Positions 43,933 to 54,300 of a stretch of 64,000 nucleotides of DNA are shown in pieces. Every line of letters starts with the position of its first letter. Within the stretch, counting starts at the first letter, position 1. Source of the stretch: Trypanosoma brucei (Eukaryota). Below the pieces are notes generated by a model that saw only the letters and a list, made by a program, of their open reading frames with translations, searched no databases and had not been told where the DNA came from. The stretch is taken from assembly GCA_000002445.1 (NCBI GenBank), contig CM000208.1, positions 96,001 to 160,000 on the forward strand, written 5' to 3'. The translations under genes were made by a program, and so were the position numbers.

Positions 43933-45243
43933 ATGAGTAGTGGTCTCGCTGACTTTGACGGAGATGATGTGCGGGCGCCAGTTGTGGCTGCGCAACCGCA
44001 TATTGGTGTTGGTCTCGGAACCCACAGTGCCGTTGCTCTCGGCGGTTTCCAAGATTTTTGTCTCAAAAGTGAACTCGCCAACGCCATTCGAGAAAACGGC
44101 TTCGAACATCCCAGTGAAGTGCAGCATCAGGCCCTTCCACAAGCCATGCTCGGTGCAGATATCCTTGCACAGGCAAAGTCTGGTATGGGTAAAACAGCCG
44201 TGTTTGTGTTTGCTTTATTGGAGCAAGTGGAAAAACCAACGGATGGGCAGCGGCCCTTCTGTCAAGCCATCGTCATTGCCCATGCACGCGAGTTGGCATA
44301 TCAAATTGAGCAGGAGTTCAAGCGTTTCAACAAATACTTGCCGCATTGTACCACTGGTGTCTTCTTTGGGGGCGTCCCTGAAGACGAGAACATAAAACAA
44401 CTCAAGAAGGAGGTTCCCGCAATAGTGGTGGCCACACCAGGTCGAATTTGTTCCCTCATTGAGCGAAAAGCTCTCGACGTGTCGCGTGTTAAGTGGTTTG
44501 TTGTTGATGAATTCGATCGCTGCCTAGAGGATGTGAAAATGCGTCGCGATGTGCAGACGGCATTCCTTAAGACACCGAAGGAAAAACAGGTGATGATGTT
44601 CTCAGCCACCATGACGGAGGAGCTGCGGAATGTGGCGAAGAAATTTATGTCGAACCCCACTGAAATCTACGTTGACCAGCGTTCCAAGCTTACACTTCAC
44701 GGGTTGGCGCAATATTACATCAATGTGACGGAGGCACAGAAACTTCGTAAGTTGTGCGACATCCTCGACGCTGTTGAGTTCAATCAAGTCATTATATTCA
44801 CTTCCACTGTTGAGCGCTGTGAGGCTCTCAGCCGTCAGCTGCAGGCTCTTAAGTTTCCCTCCAAGGCGATTCACTCTCGCATGGAGCAGGCGGAGCGGTT
44901 GGTTGTGTATGAGAGCTGCAAAACAAACCAAGCTCGTATCATCGTCGCCACAGACATCTTTGGCCGTGGTGTGGATATTGACCGTATTAATCTTGTTGTA
45001 CAGTTTGATATGGCGTCTGATGCTGACTCGTACCTTCATCGTGTTGGTCGTGCTGGTCGCTTTGGTACGAAGGGACTTACGGTGGCATTCCTCACTGAAG
45101 AGGAAAAGGAAATTAAGCGTGAGAACCGTAAATATACTGACCAGGGTATCATGAAGGAAGTGCAGGAGCGATTTGAGATGCAGGTCCAGGAACTTACTGA
45201 CATCGCCACACAACTGAACCAGAGCCAGTATATGAACCAATAG
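43933..45243 (+). CDS. SUB2: DEAD-box ATP-dependent RNA helicase Sub2/UAP56 (mRNA export/TREX)
   Basis: Helicase motifs read directly are Q-motif/motif I AQAKSGMGKTAVFV and motif II VVDEFDRCLE..., which matches the UAP56 DECD-type sequence [20 protein letters not shown]. Further motifs are SAT (MMFSATM), motif V/VI (IVATDIFGRGVDI; HRVGRAGRFGTKG) and the UAP56-like C-terminus. The length is 436 aa. Confidence 0.92.
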   Translation: MSSGLADFDGDDVRAPVVAAQPHIGVGLGTHSAVALGGFQDFCLKSELANAIRENGFEHPSEVQHQALPQAMLGADILAQAKSGMGKTAVFVFALLEQVEKPTDGQRPFCQAIVIAHARELAYQIEQEFKRFNKYLPHCTTGVFFGGVPEDENIKQLKKEVPAIVVATPGRICSLIERKALDVSRVKWFVVDEFDRCLEDVKMRRDVQTAFLKTPKEKQVMMFSATMTEELRNVAKKFMSNPTEIYVDQRSKLTLHGLAQYYINVTEAQKLRKLCDILDAVEFNQVIIFTSTVERCEALSRQLQALKFPSKAIHSRMEQAERLVVYESCKTNQARIIVATDIFGRGVDIDRINLVVQFDMASDADSYLHRVGRAGRFGTKGLTVAFLTEEEKEIKRENRKYTDQGIMKEVQERFEMQVQELTDIATQLNQSQYMNQ

Positions 45244-46176
45244 AAAGGCGTAGTGAGTGATGGTAGCGTAAATTGGATTTACTGGTTTGGGTAGTGTGGT
45301 GAATTAAACGTGTGGAGAAAATGCGGGATGCGGGTGTTGCGAGGGACGGCATTATGAAAGGAAAATCAAGGAGAGACCAAATGAACAAAGGTGGTGAAAG
45401 TATAGTCACGCTCTGTGGAGGTGAAACTCTACTAATGATGCCGTGTTGAGGAGGAGGAGGGAAGTGGGGAATCATGTGCGCACACGTGTCTTTGCACTCC
45501 GTGCCCCGAAATAGACAAGACAACATGGGACAGCGGTAGTGCGGTGCGTTTCTTCCTCGTTTCACATGGTGGTGCAGAATTTTGTACTTTTTTTTTTTTT
45601 TCAAATATGCTGTCTCGGTCCACACATTTGTTGTTTTCCCCTCCCTTCTCTCCCCCTCTCAGCTCTTCTAACAGTTTGTGACGCTTCCACTTGTGGAGTC
45701 CGATCGCCGTATTTTCTGTTTGCTTGACCGTATTGTTTGGAATCCACTGCGTGGGGAGTTTTTCTTTGCGCGGAAATCCAACCAGTTGCGGTTCCCTCCT
45801 CTGCTTGTGTGGAGCGCAGGAAATGTGTGGGGGGGAAAGGTGAAATTGTGAGGATATAAACGTCGGCAAGACACGTAGCGGCCATCATCTGATGTAAAAT
45901 GGTTGGCGTGTGTTGTGTGATTTCCCACTCGCCCACCAACACATGGGAAAAGAGTGAGTGGATGAATAAATGGAATTTTTCGCAAACTACAAAAAGGTGA
46001 CGAGAGACGGATATATGAAGCAGGAGGGGATAAAAGGGTTTGTAGAGAGAAATTCACTTCACTTTCGGTGACCTCAGTGACGAGAAAGGGAGTAAAAAGG
46101 CATTAGATAGACTGCGCCGCTGACCTTTACACACACCCTTGCTCATGTTCTTCTCACATTCTCTGTCCTGCCCTTT

Positions 46177-46210
46177 TTGTTGTTGTTGTTGTTGTTGTTG
46201 TTGCTGCTGC
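46177..46210. repeat. (TTG)n/(CTG)n trinucleotide repeat in the intergenic region
   Basis: The run tttttgttgttgttgttgttgttgttgttgctgctgc is seen directly in the sequence. Confidence 0.85.
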
Positions 46211-48155
46211 TTCCTTTCGCCTGTTGCTCTTATCCAATCGGTGCGCACCAACATTAACGGATATGAGGCGAGTTGCAACATGCCCTAACGGTCGTGTGTG
46301 TGCATAGATATGCATGTATATATATATATATACACATTTATACATATACGTATATAAACACAACGAAGGAAGGGCTTCAGCTTCAATTTAATCCTTTTTG
46401 TGGGGTTGAGGAGTACCGGCCTTTCAATAAAACATGAAGGAATGTACCGAAAAGGCAAAACGGAATACAAAACGGTAACTCGGAGCTGAGAGGGACGGAG
46501 GAAAGATATAAAACACCTAACTCAGAAAGGAAACTAAACGCCAACAATGAAACGAAGCAAGGACAAGTGAACGAAAGGAGAAAAGAAAAAGGGAGCTGAA
46601 CTAAAATAAAAAAGAAAGTGATAATAATAATAAGGCATTAATAAAAAATGTGAGGGAGTAAATGCTACCTATTGTAGCATCTTGGTGAATGAATCTATGA
46701 AGGGAATGAAATGAGAAAGGGGGAAGAAAAGAAAAAAAAGGTGAAGGGTAATAGCTTGCATGTGCTGTTTGTGATTTAAACGTTTGCGGGGGATAGGAGA
46801 GGAAAAAGAAGAGCTAGGGACTGTTGGAGTATACGGAAGAAAATACATTCAGCGGGGTGCGGGGGAAGAAATAAGACACATTTGATAAAAGCAGTAGCGC
46901 ACGTTTATGGGTTTGCATATGTGTTATATGGAGGCAAGAAGTCTTGGCGAAGAAGCATACGTTTACTCATTAGAACGAAAACTGCTTTGATGTTTCTTCT
47001 TCTTTTTTCCTATTTCCTCACATTCCCACCCAGGTCCTTAAGCATCACGGCATGTATCACCACGTGTCCTTCAACTCGTTTAAATCCTGAGGGATTACTG
47101 CAGCGAGGAGCGGAAGAACTGCGGAATGCACGCAACCGGTGAAAGTAAATAAAGAAAAGGGGCAAAGGGGCAAAATATATGTGAACTTCGACGTAGCTTG
47201 TGACCCCATTACAGGACCTACGTATGTATGTCGCCATACTGGTTACTTAAATGAGGCTTTTTTTTTTTGAGTCGTTCATGCTTTATTTTTATTCATTCCA
47301 TTTTCGCGCCCTTGTTATTGTTATTGTTAACTTCCCACTGGTGCTCTCCTCCCGTCGTACGCCAGATTTCTCTCCATCATTTATGCTTTGGTTTTGGCAT
47401 CCCTCGCCTCATTTCATCCCCCTTTTCTTTCCTTCCTTCCACTTAAATAAATAAATATAAATATATATATATATATGTTTAGGTTAGAGGTTTTGTTTGG
47501 TGCTAATGATCAGCATTTTAACAAGTAATTCCGTGGCAGGAACTAGAGAACATAGGAAAAAAAGGAAAGAAAAATAATGAAGTGGTGTGGGTGTGGAACC
47601 GCTCTGTTCCCCCCTCTTTTTGTTTTTTTATTTTACTCCTCCTCTTCCCAATGCCGGCTGAAGTTTGTGGGAATTTGCGCAACGGAAGGAGGAGGATGAG
47701 GAAGAATGACATATAAGCAGAGGAACTGAAGGGGATGACGTGGGAGGCCGTCACGCCTTGAAGGGATTGGAAGTACCGCCCCTTTTATTATTGGAATTAT
47801 CTGCACAACAAAGAGGATTTTTTTTTAAATTGTTTCCCTCTCTTTTTTCTTGAAGTTCACTCGGAGGGAAGGAGAGTTAGTGAAAAAAAAGGTAATGAAA
47901 ATAATAATAATATAAAATATAACCTTGAGGACAGGTGAGAGAGATGGCTTCTCCCTCCCCACACTACTGCCATATATATATATATATATTTTTTTTTTTG
48001 CATTTTTCGTGCATTTTTCTTTTTTTTCTCAGTTATCTTATCTTTTTTTTTAATATTTGGTTCTCATTTTTATATAAATACGTTAGGATTTGTTACAGTC
48101 CGTTTCGAATTGTTCACGAACATCTGTTAGTTTGCAGGGGGCACACTCGGGCGCC

Positions 48156-49250
48156 ATGAACGTTTACGGCAAGGACCAGCGAATTCATAATGGCTCCCGC
48201 ACCAAAGCGGAAAGTTGGGTAATGCATTCCTTCACCGCCATTACGGGTTTGCAAGCGTCTTGCATTGCAGTTTGTTTGTTTCGTATGCGAGGTAGGTTGG
48301 ATAATGTACTGCAAAACAGTTACTTCATTACTTCTCCATTGCAACTTAACCCGGTGTATCACTCGCAATCGTGTGCCCTGGAGGTAAATGAAGACATCGC
48401 AATGTTTCGTAATGTTACATACACCATCACAGGCGAGAATGTGGAGTACTTTTTCTCGAGAGGTGCCTTTAATACTCGGATACTGTTTTTCCTCGTTGCG
48501 ATGACTACCTTCATTGCGCTTGTTAATCACACGCTGTTGTGGTTGGATATTTCTAAGATCCGCTACCATTTTGTCGTGATACGAAAGGATCCATTGGCGG
48601 TGTTCCAAGTATCGGCTGCAGTTGCTGGAATTTTTCAGAATTACATAGTAAGTCGGGAACATAAATATATGAACGACTACTTGAACACGTGTAACGCCCC
48701 AGATCGCCCGTCCTTGCATTCCGTCACGCCGTTTATTGAGCTTTACCTGCTATTTGGAGGAACACTTGTCACTTTTTTAATAAATTTCCTAATTGCCGTT
48801 ATTCTGCGATGCCAGAAAAATCCTAAGGAGGAGCTTATTCGGGAGAATGAACTGATGCAAATGGAGAAAAGTATGACTGGAGAGCTCCCATTTTCTGGGG
48901 ATCAGTTAATGCTGTCGCAGCGTTCGCGGGGTGACGCAAATGTGAGTAACTCATCCATTCCTAATCAACGGCTGGCCCACAGCAGAGGTCCTTCAGAGGG
49001 AAAAGAATTCCGACATGTTGACCCACTCGCATCACCCACCTCCCAATTATCATTTGCCCGTCGTGACTCGGTACCAGCGAGTCGCGTATCAGTTGCGCGG
49101 GAGGGTCGACTTTCACGAGGTGAAAGTGCGAGACGGGCTCTTCCTTCTCAAGCGTCTGCATGGCCTCCGGTTAGTGGTAGAAGGAGTTTTACCGGACCCG
49201 TGTCAGCACCAGCATTTGATGATATTATTGGAGACTCGACGCATAGATAG
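48156..49250 (+). CDS. hypothetical multi-pass membrane protein with Ser/Arg-rich C-terminal tail
   Basis: The ORF-track start at 48090 is TTG, and the first ATG is at 48156 (MNVYGKDQRIH...). There are at least 4 hydrophobic segments (FTAITGLQASCIAVCLF; ILFFLVAMTTFIALV; LAVFQVSAAVAGIF; LYLLFGGTLVTFLINFLIAVIL). The C-terminal region is hydrophilic with RGES/SR repeats. Confidence 0.5.
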   Translation: MNVYGKDQRIHNGSRTKAESWVMHSFTAITGLQASCIAVCLFRMRGRLDNVLQNSYFITSPLQLNPVYHSQSCALEVNEDIAMFRNVTYTITGENVEYFFSRGAFNTRILFFLVAMTTFIALVNHTLLWLDISKIRYHFVVIRKDPLAVFQVSAAVAGIFQNYIVSREHKYMNDYLNTCNAPDRPSLHSVTPFIELYLLFGGTLVTFLINFLIAVILRCQKNPKEELIRENELMQMEKSMTGELPFSGDQLMLSQRSRGDANVSNSSIPNQRLAHSRGPSEGKEFRHVDPLASPTSQLSFARRDSVPASRVSVAREGRLSRGESARRALPSQASAWPPVSGRRSFTGPVSAPAFDDIIGDSTHR

Positions 49251-50229
49251 CGAATATAGAAATGTTGAACGTGTGAATTAACTTCTCACACACCCCTTCC
49301 TTACCCCACCATTTTGCATGTTAAACCCTACATGTGTGGTCGTCCCCCTACTCTCCACCCCCCCCCCCATGCGTTCCCGCATGTCTTTTGTGGTGCATTT
49401 TTCTGCCATCTTTTATCAATTCCAAGAAATCCATTGTCCGATATATGTTGAAACATCAATCTTTTATTATTATTATTATGCTGATGATTCGGTGGGGTGG
49501 GGGACAGTTGTTGCCACTGTCATTGTTTTAACTACGGGCACTTTTCATACTCTTTTCTTTTTCGTTTGTTTAATTGTTTGCTCGTTTGTTTCGGGGGTGG
49601 GAGAGGTTAGGACTTATAATACAAAAAGAAAGCAGGAAGCTGTGGGAAATCGAGAAGGACGTCCGAAAGAAAAAAAGGGGGGTTGTAGTCATGTTGTCAC
49701 GAGGCGCAAATGTTCGATGGGAAAGCATGATATTATCGTTTATTGAGTTTTACCTGCACATCCCTATACTTGTGTGCATGTGTTTTATTACCTGTTGCCT
49801 TTACCTTTCCTACCAGTGTTCTTTTCTTTAGTGATGTACTGTATTGTTATTATTATCATTATTTATAATAGAGGCGTGATCTTTTGTGTGTTTGCTCTTC
49901 CTCCGCCCCGGCTGTTTTGTAAGGGGCGACGCTTTTCATCATTTTTTTTTTGCAAATGATTTCGTGTCGTGTAAGGAAAAAGTATCACTTCCGCAAACCA
50001 GTCGAGCAGGTGGTCTGGAGCACATGGCGACAAGTAGTAATTATTCGATGCAAATGTTTTTTTTTCTTGTGGCTTTGTGCGCTGGAAAGCGGTTGTTTCC
50101 TCTTCCGCAAACACTGTTATGTGTACTTATATATAAATAAATACATATTTATGTGTTGCGCTTTGTTTTGTCTATATATGTATGTGTGCGCGTATGCCAC
50201 GTAAAAAAAAAAAATAGGGATAAGAGCAA

Positions 50230-50754
50230 ATGACGAGCAAGCAGGAGAACTATGCGCGCACGCCCACCGTCGATCTGACGGTGCAGCACGAAAAGGCCTA
50301 TCAGCGCCAGACGGCCGTCAATGAAAACATTCGCACGGCCTCCAAGAAGCACGTGAACCGCAGTGGGCACATTCGTTACTCCAAGAAGATCGGTCTCGGT
50401 TTCGCCACGCCCAAAGCTGCCATCAACGGAAAGTACATTGACCGCAAATGTCCCTTCACAAGCAATGTGTCCATTCGTGGCCGTATCCTCCGTGGCGTAG
50501 TGCACTCCACAAAGATGCGCCGTTCCATTGTCATCCGCCGTAACTACCTGCACTTCATCCGTAAGTACCAGCGTTACCAGAAGCGCCACCGCAATATTAC
50601 CGTCCACTGCAGTCCCTGCTTCGACCCGAAGCCTGGTGATGAGGTGGTGGTTGGACAGTGCCGCCCGTTGAGCAAAACAATCCGCTACAATGTGCTGCAG
50701 GTCGTCTCCAAGTCCGCCGCCGATAAAATGGGGAAGAAATTCTCCAAGAATTAG
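50230..50754 (+). CDS. RPS11: 40S ribosomal protein S11 (uS17)
   Basis: The 174-aa protein carries the eS11/uS17 signature ...[74 protein letters not shown]...[23 protein letters not shown]. Codon usage is strongly GC3-biased, as expected for a highly expressed gene. Confidence 0.93.
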   Translation: MTSKQENYARTPTVDLTVQHEKAYQRQTAVNENIRTASKKHVNRSGHIRYSKKIGLGFATPKAAINGKYIDRKCPFTSNVSIRGRILRGVVHSTKMRRSIVIRRNYLHFIRKYQRYQKRHRNITVHCSPCFDPKPGDEVVVGQCRPLSKTIRYNVLQVVSKSAADKMGKKFSKN

Positions 50755-51357
50755 GTGCTGGTGCTCTTTTGTGTGTTAGGGGAGTGAGTGATGGGGCGTA
50801 AACTGGCATCCCACACTGGCATTTCTCTCTACCTTTTTCCTCTTTTCTTCTTCTTTAGTCACACTCCTTTCCTTTCCATGTTGGTATGGATTATGTTTGA
50901 ATTTTTTTTTGGGGAGGGGGGAAACGGTGATGGAGGAGACAAGACGGGTGAGAGGGAAGGGGGACGAGCTGGCGGTGTCATTGACTCTTTTTCCCTTTGT
51001 TTTCTTTTTCCTCATTACTTTTACTTTCTTCGTAAATGGAGTTAATAGAATTTTACCTCATTATTACTATCCCTTTTTTTTTTGTGATCCGTTAGCACAT
51101 TTCCATCCTTGGTTATCTGTTTTGGTATCAATATTCTTTTCGATTTCCTCTTGCTGTTTCTTCTCTCTCTCCCTCCTCTTTTTCGTTGAAATGTAATGGC
51201 GGTGTTAATTCCATTGCCTTACTTACACATTGTTGATGGGTGCATGACTTCACAGGTGTACAAAAACGGTTTTGTTGTTATTTTGGAAAAGTGAAAGGAT
51301 AACCGCAGACGAAACGGCTTCTCTCCGTCAAGGCGTGGTGTGCTTTTGACGGTGAGA

Positions 51358-54300
51358 ATGGCATGGCGGTACAATAGCAATAGCCCTCCGAGGGGAAACG
51401 TAAGTGCGAACGCCTCACTTGTGTCACTCTCTTCAGCTAATAACAACAATAGAAACTTCACCGACAGTGCGGATGATAACGCGGACACATCGGCCTTGGG
51501 AAATAACAATACATTTAGAAGGGACCGAAGTGCCATGGATGGAGCAGGGGCATTTCTGCGGAGTAACGCCAAAGGCAAAATGTGGTCAAGGCAGGAAGGT
51601 CGGGATGAGACACCAGATGATGACGTGTCGAGCCGAGACGGTACATCGCCTTGCTCCATTTCCTTTGCGCGACCCAAATTAGCCCCCACCGAGAGCACAA
51701 CGAGACCCCATCGCTCGCTTATTTTCAGCAGGAATCCCAATCGAGGCGTGAGTGGTGCTGCAACGAGAAGTGGAATGGGTAGCATGAGTAGGTTAAGTGT
51801 TGACTCGGCTTTAAACACGCCACATCGCGTTGCAAGTACTCGGTGCGTGGAAGGGAGGGTTACGTCGAGTAGCATTGCAAACTGGAGGCTTCCTCGACAT
51901 TCGGGTTCTCCTCCCATCAACACCGGTGAATGCAATGGGGAAATGACTATCATTAGTGAAAGTGGGGATTTCGATGAAGATGCTACCGGGGGAGACCCAT
52001 TATTAGGTTGTGCGGATCGCAATCTCCACCGTGCAACAGAAGCCTTACTGGCAGAGGCGGATCCTGACCTCCGCGCAACTGATTTCACTCCTACGAAGCA
52101 CGTACTACAAATTGTTGTGAAGGAGGATGGAACGGAGTGCTCCGGTGCGCAAATAGATGAGCGGATCGCACCTCTGTGTGGATTACAAAATCGACTGGAC
52201 GATATGCTGGGGTTGCACATTCAGTCGCACAAGGATGTGTTCAATAAGGCTATTGGCCGATTTTCTGATATCGTATTGGCAGTTTCGGATAGTAACGAAG
52301 TGCTTGGGTTATTGAAGCAGAGACTAGGCATGGCGACAAGTTCCCTCGAGAACCGCGCCGAGCAGTTGCAAGTTCTTCGCATGCGCGCAGCGAAGGCACT
52401 TCTTATGGAGGAGTCACTAAAGCGCATGGAGGCCGCACTCGCTTCTGAGAGGGAGATAAAACAACTCGTGGCGTCACGCCATTACCTTGCTGCGGTGCGG
52501 TTGCTGCGTCAGCAAAAGGCAAGGTTGGAGTCACCCGACATGGTGAACATACGCGCCACACAGAGTATGCGGGATTTTGCCAATCACACGCTCGAAACAT
52601 TGCACAAGAATGTTTTAGATGGTTTGATGGGGTGCGTGTTTGACAAGGACCGCTTTAGCGAAGCAGACAAGCAGCTAATGGGCCGCATGGTGGCAGACGG
52701 AGCGCTAGAAAATGTCGCAGGGACTCTTAGTTTTATGGGTGATACATGTGGGGCCCTGTCCTCGCAGTGTTTCACTGGCGGTGGCGGCAAGAATGGCGAT
52801 AGTGACTTTGTTTCCCTAGACGGTATTGTAGACGATCCGTGCGATGAGGGTATGGTGAAAAACCACTTGCATTTCATTCCGTTGTGTGTTAAGACGCTGA
52901 AGGAGCTTGGGAAACTCGATCAGTGTTGCGAGGCTTTTCGTTCTGGTGCCACGCGTAGTATTGAGCAATGCGTGGCAAATTTTCTTTCACTTTACGACAC
53001 ATGGAGGCGAGACGCTGAGTCATCAAAATGTGTTGGCAACAATGACGATATGGGCTCCACCGTTCGGATTTTAGAACTTCAAGGACGAGATGTTGCGTCG
53101 TGTACTGTTTCACATGATGAAGCGGTCGCCCTTATTCAACAGCGGGACCTCTGCCCCTTACTCAACGCTCTTTTTACGGAACTTGAGAGGGTCGTGCGTA
53201 ATGCAGACTACCTTGTTAGGGTCGTACTCTTGGCCTATTTTCCGTTCCTTACCGACGTACCGCCACGATCTGAGGTTTTTGACGATAACTTTTCTTGTCA
53301 TGAGTGGGACGTCACTCAATCGCCGCTGCGCACAAAGAATGAACTGCGTGATATAGTAGTACGTACCCTTGCTGAAGCCATTTCACGGCATAGTGAGGAT
53401 TCAGTTAGCAGCGAAACCCCAGAGAGCCGGAGGTTAGCGGCTCTAAAGCGACTTATGGCCAAGTTTGACGTCGACAAGGCGCTGAAGGGTTCATCATCGC
53501 ACGACGCACCAACGTCAAAAAAAGGCTCTCTAAGGCAAGGAAGTGTAGATGATGGATCCATCAGGTGTGAGAGTAACAATGCCGTTTGCTTGGGCGACGT
53601 GCTGACTTCACTAAATGCGGCAGCCTTCTTGGCCGTGGAGGAATTTCCAGATGGCAGTGAAGAAGTGCCAGCGTGTTGTGAGCGTCTGAGCAAGGCCATA
53701 AGCAGTGCAGTGCAAGACTCATTTCGTTCGTATATGAGGGAAATCTACCTCGATTGGGACTTGTGTGCCTTATCATCCCAACTAAGTTATACTGTTGAGC
53801 TCGTCTTCAAACTTATTTGTTCCAATGATGCGGCCACCAGCAGTAAGAGCGACGCGACCGCCGTGAATTTATCTAAACAAAACCTGAAGCATCGGAGGAC
53901 AACCTCCCGCAGCTGGTGGCAAATTGATAGCATTGGCGGCAGTCACACTAACGAAACATTTACCTCTCTAGACAAAATGCTATCATCTCATGGCTCCTCG
54001 GGCCTGCTTTCTGCAATAGAGCAAATTGGTGGCGTGTCCTTCAGCATCGTCTCCACGGTAAATGCCTCTTCAGTTGAGCAAGTTCGTGCAAAAGACAAGA
54101 AACATTTGCACTCAGGGGCTGGTACGAGGATTATTTCATCATTTGGCGAGGTGCAGGGAGCTGCCGCACCTCTCAAGTCGGCAGCGAGACTACGAAATTG
54201 GTTCATGTTTACACCAATGAATATTTTGGCGTGCTATGACTGTACGGGTCACTTTTTCAAGCGGTGGAAGTCCTACAAACTCTATTTTGCTACTGTTCCT

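Noticed and set aside
44602-45240. 212-aa - strand ORF antisense to SUB2
   Set aside because: It lies entirely within the conserved DEAD-box helicase gene and has no recognisable motifs. All other genes are on the + strand.
45194-46057. Cluster of four overlapping - strand ORFs (113-145 aa) in different frames
   Set aside because: This region is purine-rich on the + strand, hence stop-poor on the - strand. Mutually overlapping frames argue for a compositional artefact, not genes.
51219-52220. 333-aa - strand ORF overlapping the start of the Sec8-like gene
   Set aside because: It is antisense to a long coding ORF and has a Ser/Pro/Leu-rich composition. It is likely spurious.
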